DNA of 32,000 nt. Origin: Acholeplasma laidlawii PG-8A (GTDB taxonomy: Bacteria; Bacillota_I; Bacilli_A; Acholeplasmatales; Acholeplasmataceae). The position numbers and the translations under genes were made by a program. Shown in pieces: positions 19,990-27,386 of this stretch. The notes beneath the pieces were generated by a model, which did no database searches, was not told where the DNA came from, and saw nothing but the letters and a program-made list of their open reading frames with translations. The stretch lies in NCBI RefSeq assembly GCF_000018785.1, contig NC_010163.1, positions 180,001-212,000 on the forward strand, in the 5' to 3' direction. The first letter of the stretch is position 1. Each line of letters begins with the position of its first letter.

Positions 19990-20895
19990 ATGGACATAAT
20001 TATTGGTAAAGTAGAATCTATTAATAAAGGTGACAACTATTGTAATGCATCTTTATCCTTAGAAGATAAAAAACATTTCAATGTGAAATTAAATATGGAA
20101 GATGATCAATTACTTGCTATAGGTAAAGTATTTGTCTTTGAAGTAGAAGCTTTTTACAAAGAAGAAGTTAAACAATTTAAAGCACTCAAGATAACACCTT
20201 TAGAAGTTTCAGATGTTCCTAAACAAGATAAAAATAGACTGTATTCATTATTCTATGATTATGCACCAATTCCTTTAAAAGATATTCGTCTAGGTATTGA
20301 ATCCTTCTTAAATAGAATAGAAAATAAGATTCTAAAAGATGTAACAACACTTGTATATGAAAAACATGAAGGTCAATATTACTTGCATCCTGCAGCGACT
20401 AAATTTCACCATGCCTATGTAGGTGGCTTAGCTTATCATACATTTACCATGTTAAAATTAGTCGATGCGATGTTAAGTGTATATGACTATTTGGATAAAG
20501 ACTTACTCTATGCAGCTACGATACTACATGACATTTCAAAAATTGATGAAATGACGGGTGTAGATGGCGAGTATACAACAGAAGGCTTACTCATTGGTCA
20601 CTTAGTGATGGCAAGCATTGAAGTTGAAAAAGCTGCAACCATATTAGGTGTAGAAGATAGTGAAGAAGTACTTTTATTAAAACACTTAATCGTTTCACAT
20701 CATGGACAACTAAATTTCGGTTCTCCAAAAAAACCTCAAACTGGGGAAGCATTGCTTCTTTGGTATATTGATTCCATTGACTCTAAGTTTACAGAATTAA
20801 AAACAGCCTTAGAATCTACTAAAGCTGGTGAGTTTACTCAAAGTGTTGCAGTACTAGATAAGATGCGTTTCTATAAATCAAAACTTAAAAAATAA
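19990..20895 (+). CDS. YhaM-like 3'-5' exoribonuclease (OB fold plus HD domain)
   Basis: KFHHAYVGGLAYHTFTMLKLVD, AATILHDISKIDEM, LLKHLIVSHHGQLNFGSPKKPQTGEALLLWYIDSIDSK. Confidence 0.9.
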   Translation: MDIIIGKVESINKGDNYCNASLSLEDKKHFNVKLNMEDDQLLAIGKVFVFEVEAFYKEEVKQFKALKITPLEVSDVPKQDKNRLYSLFYDYAPIPLKDIRLGIESFLNRIENKILKDVTTLVYEKHEGQYYLHPAATKFHHAYVGGLAYHTFTMLKLVDAMLSVYDYLDKDLLYAATILHDISKIDEMTGVDGEYTTEGLLIGHLVMASIEVEKAATILGVEDSEEVLLLKHLIVSHHGQLNFGSPKKPQTGEALLLWYIDSIDSKFTELKTALESTKAGEFTQSVAVLDKMRFYKSKLKK

Positions 20896-20901
20896 CGAAT
20901 T

Positions 20902-20933
20902 ATCCTTAGGTCCTAGACTTAGGGATTTTTTTT
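20902..20933 (+). terminator. Intrinsic terminator of cca-yhaM
   Basis: ATCCTTAGG-tcctaga-CTTAGGGAT (two G-U pairs) followed by a T8 tract. Confidence 0.85.
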
Positions 20934-20945
20934 ATGTAGATATAT

Positions 20946-20975
20946 ATAGAAAAATGCGACTATTTCTAGTCGCAT
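20946..20975 (-). terminator. Intrinsic terminator of the minus-strand giant lipoprotein gene
   Basis: AAATGCGACTA-TTTC-TAGTCGCATTT; 11-bp perfect stem with a T-tract on the minus strand. Confidence 0.9.
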
Positions 20976-20996
20976 TTAAACTTGTATATTTATGAA

Positions 20997-23900
20997 TTAA
21001 GCACCTTGTAATACGTTGAAGAAATCACCGTATGAAGCTGCGAATGATGCATTGTATGCACGATCATAGATTGTTGAACCTGTACCATCGATACCATCAA
21101 AGTAAGCATAACTGAAGAATTGGTTGAAGTTAGCATCTCTTAATACTTGTAATCTTGCATTTAAGTCTGCATTAGCTAATACGATATCGCCTTCAAAGAT
21201 GTATTGGAATGCAATTTCTAATTGTGCGAATGTAGAAGTATATTTAGTATTTGAGAAGATTGGTCCGAAGTATTTAGATATTGTAGTTTGTAGTGCTGTT
21301 GGCAAGGTAGTAATACCCTTTTCATCTTTAGCTTCTTCAATATAGATATATAATTGTTCCCAAGTAATTTCATTACCATCGTTGTTGTAACCAACAACTT
21401 TTGTACCTGATACGTAAGGATTATCTAATTTTGAAGTGTAATCTAATTTTTCAGATTCTGCAACTGCTTCTAATAAAGCTGATTGTTGGTGTACGAATGA
21501 TTTAGCAATAACTAAATGCCATCCAAATGCTGTACGAACTGCCGCATTACCATCTGATTCAATCTTAGATGCTGAATCGATGTTTGTTGGAGCATACATT
21601 GGAAGAAGTGCATTAGCACGGTTAACTTTTTCTTCTTGAGTTGGAGCAACACCATTATCAGGTGCGTTTACTTGATCTTTAATGTATTGAGCCATGTTAA
21701 TTGCATATTCGTAGAAGTCTGCATCTAAACCGTTTTGTGAACCTGGGAAGTTTGTCTCATTTGAGATTGTTCCTAAGTCTTGGTAAACAAGTTTGATACC
21801 AGCTTTTCTAAATGGAACCCAAACGTCTTCACGGTTGAATGAGTTGATGTATTCATCAATTTCTTCTTGTGTAGCATCTGTACCTGGGTAGGCAACAGTA
21901 GTTAATGTATAACGTGTTGAGTTATTGTATGATTGAACAACATTTTGTAAACCTTGAGTAATAGATGGTGCTAATTTTGCACGTTTGTTAACTTGAATAA
22001 TTAATTGTTGGATTAATACTTCTAATTCATCACGTGTAGCTTGATCTAATTCATTTGGATTGTCTGGTTGTCCATCACGGTCTAAGTCGATTTGGAATAA
22101 TAAGTGTGATGCATCAATTGCTACATCATTAGCTTGTAATGTGTTTGCAAGTGTTGCTAACTTAGTATAAATATTGTTGTCAACTGTATCGTGATCAAAG
22201 TGAACTGTTAAGTCTTCTTGGAATAATTTTCTTAACTCTTGTTGTACATAGATTTTATCTAATGCATCTTCAGTAGCGCTTCTACCATCTTGTGCCCAAG
22301 CACCAAATCCTAGAAGTAAGAATTTTTCAATACCCATAGTTGCTGGGAAACCAGCTGATTGGTATTGGTTTGCTAAGAACGGGTTTACATATTGAGTTTC
22401 AAATTGTTTTCTGAAGTCTTTCATATCATCAGCTGTAATTTCAGCACCATAAGCATCTCTTAATTTTTCAATGAAGATAATGTCTAATGCAGTTGATAAG
22501 CCTAATGTTTCTTCTACATAAGCGAAGAAGTCATTTACAGTTAATACTGTACCATTTACATCTAATAATGTGTTGTTGTCTTTATAACCTTTTGAACCTT
22601 TATATTCATTTTGATTAGCGTATAATTCACGAATAATTGGATCATAGATATTAATTTTAACATCTTTATATCTTTCAGTTACTTTAGAAGTTACGTAAGT
22701 AGTAGTTAGTCTTTGTTCGATTAATTTAGCATAAGCTTCATTTTTGTAAGCTTGTGCTGGTTCGTTTTCTAAGAACTTAACATTTTCAGCATCAGTTTCA
22801 TCTAAGATATCTTTATCATCATCACGGTTGTCATCTAATAAGAATAATAGATATTGACCACCAGCGATGGATTGTACTTGACGTGAATATGGTTTAGCGT
22901 AAGGTACATCATCCGCATCACGGCCATTACCACCATCATATAATACGTTTGAATCCATGTTGTATACTGTATTTCTTAAATCTGCTGCTGAAGCAAATCT
23001 TGGATCAGTATATTCCATTGTGAATTCAGCGATTAAGTCATTCATTGAAATAGCACTTGATGCTAAGTCAGCTGCATAAGTAGTATCGTGTAATTCATCA
23101 TAGATTTCTAAGAATACTTGTAATACTTGGTTATTACCTTGTGCATCATCTAATAATAAAGCTGCATCAGTAGTAGAGTTGATTACATATTTGCTGTAGT
23201 ATGTAGCAAAATCAGTATTTCTGTAGTCAACAGTCTTTAAATTGTTTGGATCTTGTTTAAGATCGTTAACTAAGATGTCTAAAGCTTTTTGATGATAACC
23301 ATCTGTACTCCATTCAGGGTGAGAAGAACCACCTTGTAAAATGTCGATTAAATCTTGATCAGCGATATTTGGAATTCTATACCATTCACCACGTGAGTTT
23401 GACTTAATAGAGTGTTTACGTAAAGCTGTTTCATACTCTAATACAGATTCGAATTTAACAATAACTACTGAAGTGTCATAACGACCAGCAATATTATTCT
23501 TGTAGTAAGTAACTGCATGAGCTTCGGAAATGTAAGCTGTTGAGTCTTCATCGTTAATATCGCCTGTTTCAGCGCCGACTGTATCCCCTAATAAGCCATT
23601 TGCATAAACTTTCTTTTGAACTGGTAATTTGTATTGATCAAGTAAAGCATCAATTATCCCTTGATAAGCTGGATAAGCTGCTTTGTTGACATAACCAAAT
23701 ACAAATGGAGCATCTTTATCAAAGTCAACTGCTTGACCTCTCGCGATCACATCTGCTATAACATCATCTAAGAAGTTGATTAAATCGTCTTTATCAACAC
23801 CTGGATTTGTAATAATAAATGAGTCCACAAATGATAAGATTCTTTGTGCAAGCATACTATCTGGAAGATCATTTAGTTGCTCTGGTGTGATTGCTGCAGA

Positions 23901-24221
23901 TGAGAAGAGTGCTGTATTGATTTCTTGTTCAAATGCTTTAACCTCGAAAACTGATAGATTTGCCTTGTCAATTACTACATCAGCAAAAACTACCTCATCA
24001 ATATAAGTGTTTAATCTATTAATTGAAGATGTTCTTAATTGATCATATAATTGTTTTTCTGTTACAGTGTTGCCGCCTATTGTTACGTAGGCATTATCTC
24101 CCAATGAACCATATGGAACCTTATTTGTTGGTCCACATGCCACCAAGATGAGCGCAGAAACTGCTACCATTAAAAAAATAGCGATTTTCCTAGCTGAGAA
24201 TATTGTTTTTAATTTATTCAT
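20997..24221 (-). CDS. Very large (1074 aa) PrsA/SurA-like lipoprotein, putative foldase or secreted-protein chaperone
   Basis: Lipobox SALILVACG. SurA/PrsA-like start (GGNTVTEKQLYDQLR). Scattered parvulin-like motifs ASHLLFQID and VRTAFGWHLVIAKS. Confidence 0.65.
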   Translation of the reverse strand: MNKLKTIFSARKIAIFLMVAVSALILVACGPTNKVPYGSLGDNAYVTIGGNTVTEKQLYDQLRTSSINRLNTYIDEVVFADVVIDKANLSVFEVKAFEQEINTALFSSAAITPEQLNDLPDSMLAQRILSFVDSFIITNPGVDKDDLINFLDDVIADVIARGQAVDFDKDAPFVFGYVNKAAYPAYQGIIDALLDQYKLPVQKKVYANGLLGDTVGAETGDINDEDSTAYISEAHAVTYYKNNIAGRYDTSVVIVKFESVLEYETALRKHSIKSNSRGEWYRIPNIADQDLIDILQGGSSHPEWSTDGYHQKALDILVNDLKQDPNNLKTVDYRNTDFATYYSKYVINSTTDAALLLDDAQGNNQVLQVFLEIYDELHDTTYAADLASSAISMNDLIAEFTMEYTDPRFASAADLRNTVYNMDSNVLYDGGNGRDADDVPYAKPYSRQVQSIAGGQYLLFLLDDNRDDDKDILDETDAENVKFLENEPAQAYKNEAYAKLIEQRLTTTYVTSKVTERYKDVKINIYDPIIRELYANQNEYKGSKGYKDNNTLLDVNGTVLTVNDFFAYVEETLGLSTALDIIFIEKLRDAYGAEITADDMKDFRKQFETQYVNPFLANQYQSAGFPATMGIEKFLLLGFGAWAQDGRSATEDALDKIYVQQELRKLFQEDLTVHFDHDTVDNNIYTKLATLANTLQANDVAIDASHLLFQIDLDRDGQPDNPNELDQATRDELEVLIQQLIIQVNKRAKLAPSITQGLQNVVQSYNNSTRYTLTTVAYPGTDATQEEIDEYINSFNREDVWVPFRKAGIKLVYQDLGTISNETNFPGSQNGLDADFYEYAINMAQYIKDQVNAPDNGVAPTQEEKVNRANALLPMYAPTNIDSASKIESDGNAAVRTAFGWHLVIAKSFVHQQSALLEAVAESEKLDYTSKLDNPYVSGTKVVGYNNDGNEITWEQLYIYIEEAKDEKGITTLPTALQTTISKYFGPIFSNTKYTSTFAQLEIAFQYIFEGDIVLANADLNARLQVLRDANFNQFFSYAYFDGIDGTGSTIYDRAYNASFAASYGDFFNVLQGA

Positions 24222-24268
24222 AAATGCGATTCACTCCTTAATTGTGTTGAAAAAATTACAGCACATAT

Positions 24269-24297
24269 AATATAGCATTTTTTAGCGCTTATTGCAA
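24269..24297 (-). promoter_or_regulatory. Promoter of the giant lipoprotein gene
   Basis: Minus strand: TTGCAA, 17-nt spacer TAAGCGCTAAAAAATGC, TATATT. Confidence 0.65.
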
Positions 24298-24342
24298 CCA
24301 CTTTTTACCTGTTTTAACATTTATATCATGCTAAAAAATGCT
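24274..24342. repeat. Perfect 13-bp inverted repeat in the divergent intergenic region (arms 24274-24286 and 24330-24342)
   Basis: AGCATTTTTTAGC ... GCTAAAAAATGCT, exact complements with 43 nt between them. Confidence 0.95.
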
Positions 24343-24377
24343 TAAAACTATGCTACAATAGTGATAGGTGAAAAATT

Positions 24378-25148
24378 ATGGAAGTATTTGTATTAGCCTC
24401 AGGCTCTAAAGGAAATATAACATACGTTAAAAACGAGGTCGTATCATTCTTTATTGATGTAGGTATTAGTTATAAAAAGATTGTTCAAAAAATGAAAGCA
24501 TATGGTGAAGATGTAAGCGCTGTAAACACGCTATTTTTGACACATGAACACTCAGATCACATATTTGGGTTACTTGGGATGCTTAAGGCTGGACATTTAA
24601 AAGAGGTATATTTAACTCAAGGAACACTAGATTCTTTAAGTAGTGAAGTGAGACAATTACTACCTAAAACAGTGATTATAAAAGCCGATGAATCCTTTGA
24701 ATTTAGGCAGTTTAAAGTACTGCCAATTTTACTGTCTCATGATGCAAAAGAACCGGTTGGGTTTAGGTTTGATTGGAGAGAAAAAAGCTTCGTTTGTTTA
24801 ACTGATACTGGGTATGTAGATGAGTCATATCATGAGGTCTTAAAAGATGCAGACCTTTATCTTTTAGAGTCTAATTTTGACCCTAAAAAACTACTTGGTT
24901 CAAGAAGACCTTTCGCATTAAAACAACGTATTTTAGGTATTCAAGGACACCTTTCTAATGAAGAGGCTGCTGTCTTAATGAATAAACTCATTCAAAATAA
25001 GAGGTCTAAATGGATTGTTGCACATATTAGTGAAGAATGTAATGATGCCTTTGACATTGAAAAAGCAATTGTAGATCATGTAGAAGACTTACTTAAGATT
25101 GATGTGATCTTTGCATCACAAGAATCCTTACCGGGTATTAAACTATGA
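24378..25148 (+). CDS. YycJ/WalJ-like MBL-fold hydrolase
   Basis: EVFVLASGSKGNITYV, LFLTHEHSDHIFGLLGM, FVCLTDTGYVDESY, HISEECNDAFDIEKA. Confidence 0.92.
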   Translation: MEVFVLASGSKGNITYVKNEVVSFFIDVGISYKKIVQKMKAYGEDVSAVNTLFLTHEHSDHIFGLLGMLKAGHLKEVYLTQGTLDSLSSEVRQLLPKTVIIKADESFEFRQFKVLPILLSHDAKEPVGFRFDWREKSFVCLTDTGYVDESYHEVLKDADLYLLESNFDPKKLLGSRRPFALKQRILGIQGHLSNEEAAVLMNKLIQNKRSKWIVAHISEECNDAFDIEKAIVDHVEDLLKIDVIFASQESLPGIKL

Positions 25149-25588
25149 AAGTAAAGATTATTAGTGTTGGTAAAGTTAAAGATAAGGGATTAAATGAATT
25201 AATCAATTACTACGCAAAACAAATAAAAACCATTGAAATGGTTGAAATAACAGATGAAGCAAGTATCACAGGTATGGAAAAAGAAGGACAAAAAATATTG
25301 TCTAAAATCGCAAAAGATAGTTATGTCATATCACTAGCTATTGAAGGTAAGATGTTAGATAGTGTTGAGTTTGCAGACACCTTAGATCATGTCACAACAA
25401 ACTTTGGTCCGTCAATTACCTTCATCATTGGTGGCTCATTTGGTTTAAGTCATGCTGTTAAAGAAAAGTCAAATCTGCTTTTATCTTTTTCAAAGATGAC
25501 TTTCCCACACCAGTTAATGAAACTATTTTTAGTAGAACAAATTTTTAGAGCACAAGCTATTTTAAACAATCACCCTTATCATAAATAA
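25145..25588 (+). CDS. rlmH: 23S rRNA (pseudouridine1915-N3)-methyltransferase
   Basis: KVKIISVGKVKDKGLNELINYYAKQIK, FIIGGSFGLSHAVKEKSNLLLSFSKMTFPHQLMKLFLVEQIFRAQAILNNHPYHK. Confidence 0.97.
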   Translation: MKVKIISVGKVKDKGLNELINYYAKQIKTIEMVEITDEASITGMEKEGQKILSKIAKDSYVISLAIEGKMLDSVEFADTLDHVTTNFGPSITFIIGGSFGLSHAVKEKSNLLLSFSKMTFPHQLMKLFLVEQIFRAQAILNNHPYHK

Positions 25589-25603
25589 AGGTGATTGTTT
25601 TTA
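25564..25603 (+). terminator. Intrinsic terminator overlapping the rlmH 3' end
   Basis: AAACAATCACC ... GGTGATTGTTT followed by T residues. The 5' arm lies inside the coding sequence. Confidence 0.85.
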
Positions 25604-25644
25604 TTAAGATAGATTCTAATGATTAATCAAGACTTTTAGTGTAA

Positions 25645-25672
25645 TTGCTGGTAAAATTAATGTAGATATAAA
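25645..25672 (+). promoter_or_regulatory. Promoter of mscL
   Basis: TTGCTG, 16 nt, TATAAA. Confidence 0.5.
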
Positions 25673-25697
25673 ATATAAACTATATAGGAAAGGATAT

Positions 25698-25730
25698 ATA
25701 TTATAAAAGAGATATACTCTTTTATAATAT
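25698..25730 (+). repeat. Perfect 14-bp hairpin in the mscL 5' leader
   Basis: ATATTATAAAAGAG-ATATA-CTCTTTTATAATAT; ends 13 nt before ATG 25744. Confidence 0.95.
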
Positions 25731-25743
25731 TGAGAAGATAAGT

Positions 25744-26280
25744 ATGGGTAAACAAATCAAAATATCCAAGGAACAACGTAAAAAAGGTTTCTTAAATGGA
25801 TTTAAGAATTTTATCATGCGTGGAAACGTTATTGATATGGCAGTGGGTGTAATTGTTGGTGGAGCTTTCGGTAAGATTGTTACAAGTCTTGTCAATGACA
25901 TTATATTACCTCCAATTGGTGTTTTATTAGGCGGTGTGGAGTTTAGAGACTTACAAGCACTGATTCATCAAAAACCAGTTTTAGATGATAATGGTGCACA
26001 AGTCGTGATTGATGGTATTGCACAATTTAATAATGTATATATTCGTTATGGGAATTTAATTCAAATCATTTTAGAATTCTTAATTATTGCATTTTCTATT
26101 TATCTCGTTTTATATATCTTTATAAAACGTAAGGAACAAGAAGAGAAATTTATTGCTGAAGAAAAAGCAAGACTAGAAAAATTAGAAGCTGAAAAAAATC
26201 CTCCAAAACCAGCACCAAAACCAGAAGACATTCAATTGCTAATCGAAATTAGGGATTTACTAAAGAAAAATGAAAAGTAA
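25744..26280 (+). CDS. mscL: Large-conductance mechanosensitive channel MscL
   Basis: GFKNFIMRGNVIDMAVGVIVGGAFGKIVTSLVNDIILPPIGVLLGG; charged C-terminal helix. Confidence 0.97.
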   Translation: MGKQIKISKEQRKKGFLNGFKNFIMRGNVIDMAVGVIVGGAFGKIVTSLVNDIILPPIGVLLGGVEFRDLQALIHQKPVLDDNGAQVVIDGIAQFNNVYIRYGNLIQIILEFLIIAFSIYLVLYIFIKRKEQEEKFIAEEKARLEKLEAEKNPPKPAPKPEDIQLLIEIRDLLKKNEK

Positions 26281-27121
26281 ATTTAAGGTAATCGTCTGCT
26301 CTAACTCTGCAATAGATTATTTAGAGTATGATAAGCAAATTGATATTTTTAGAAGTATGATTCACTTTGGGGATGAATCTTATAACGATTTTATTGATTT
26401 AGATGCTAAAACATTTTATGAGCGCATTAAAAAAGAACCAGATAATATACCTAAGACAAGTTATGTAGCACCAGGCTACATGCTAAATACATTTGATAAA
26501 CTCTACAAAGAAGGGTTCACTGATGTGCTAGTCATTGTCATAGCTAAACCACTTTCAGGTCTTCATGATGCAATTGTTCAATTGTCCAAAGAAACTAAAC
26601 TCAAGGTTCATGTGTATGATTCAAAAACACTTGCATACCCTGAAAGTTATATGGCAATGACTGCACAAAAGATGTTTAATTTAGGCGCTAACCTTAAAGA
26701 GGTTTTAGGTGTTTTAGATTATATAAGAGATCATCATAAAATGTATTTTGCTGTTGATACATTACTATATTTAGTTAAAAATGGTAGGTTATCTAAATTA
26801 AGCGGTACCTTAGGGTCTATCTTAAAAATTAAGCCAGTACTTACCTTATCTAAAGAAGGTAAGGTCGAAACACTAGAAAAAATTAGAACCTCTAAAAAGG
26901 CACTAGAGCGTATTGTAGATCTGTATTTAGAAGATACTAAAGATAAAGATGTTATCACCTTCATATCACATGCACATCATGATGATGGTGTGAAGTTAAT
27001 ATCTGATATGGTACATAGAGTCTACCCAAATAGAGAGATTGTTACCAGTTACTTAACACCGGTTGTGGGTGCACATTGTGGCCCTAAGGCAATTTCTATT
27101 GGATATATTATTAAACAATAA
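26270..27121 (+). CDS. DegV family fatty-acid-binding protein
   Basis: KTSYVAPGYMLNTFDKLYKEGFTDVLVIVIAKPLSGLHDAI, LLYLVKNGRLSKLSGTLGSILKIKPVL. Confidence 0.92.
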   Translation: MKSKFKVIVCSNSAIDYLEYDKQIDIFRSMIHFGDESYNDFIDLDAKTFYERIKKEPDNIPKTSYVAPGYMLNTFDKLYKEGFTDVLVIVIAKPLSGLHDAIVQLSKETKLKVHVYDSKTLAYPESYMAMTAQKMFNLGANLKEVLGVLDYIRDHHKMYFAVDTLLYLVKNGRLSKLSGTLGSILKIKPVLTLSKEGKVETLEKIRTSKKALERIVDLYLEDTKDKDVITFISHAHHDDGVKLISDMVHRVYPNREIVTSYLTPVVGAHCGPKAISIGYIIKQ

Positions 27122-27134
27122 TAAAATTTTTGTG

Positions 27135-27163
27135 TTGTAAAGTTTTTTGAATTATGATAATAT
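27135..27163 (+). promoter_or_regulatory. Probable promoter of the aro operon
   Basis: TTGTAA ... GATAATAT (spacing 15-17 depending on the register), about 30 nt upstream of the leader ORF. Confidence 0.45.
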
Positions 27164-27192
27164 ACTATCAACATAAGAAAGTTGGTCACATT

Positions 27193-27234
27193 ATGTTTAT
27201 AAATCAAGCTTATTACTACTTTTATCAAATGTAA
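27193..27234 (+). CDS. Putative aromatic leader peptide MFINQAYYYFYQM
   Basis: atg ttt ata aat caa gct tat tac tac ttt tat caa atg taa. Five consecutive Tyr/Phe codons and six aromatic residues of 13, immediately upstream of an attenuator-like region and DAHP synthase. Confidence 0.75.
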   Translation: MFINQAYYYFYQM

Positions 27235-27320
27235 AAGGACTTGCAGCAAAGCGCATTCCTTTTTAAGTTATTAAAAGAAGTTAAGGAATGTGACCCCAGC
27301 ATAAACAATTAATGATTATG

Positions 27321-27357
27321 ACTCCTTAAGGGCTACAAACCTTTAAGGAGTTTTTTG
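27321..27357 (+). terminator. Intrinsic terminator/attenuator upstream of DAHP synthase
   Basis: ACTCCTTAAGGG-CTACAAA-CCTTTAAGGAGT (12 bp, one G-U) followed by a T-rich tract. It ends about 30 nt before the ATG at 27387. Confidence 0.9.
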
Positions 27358-27386
27358 TTTCAAAAAATAGAAAGAGAGAAAAAAAG

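Noticed and set aside
27049-27249. Minus-strand ORF of 66 aa overlapping degV 3' end and the aro leader
   Set aside because: No recognizable motif; the region is better explained by degV plus the plus-strand leader peptide.
27240-27357. T-box riboswitch upstream of DAHP synthase
   Set aside because: No recognizable T-box bulge (TGGNACC-type) or Stem I layout. The leader ORF with aromatic codons plus terminator explains the region better. An Rfam T-box CM search would settle it.
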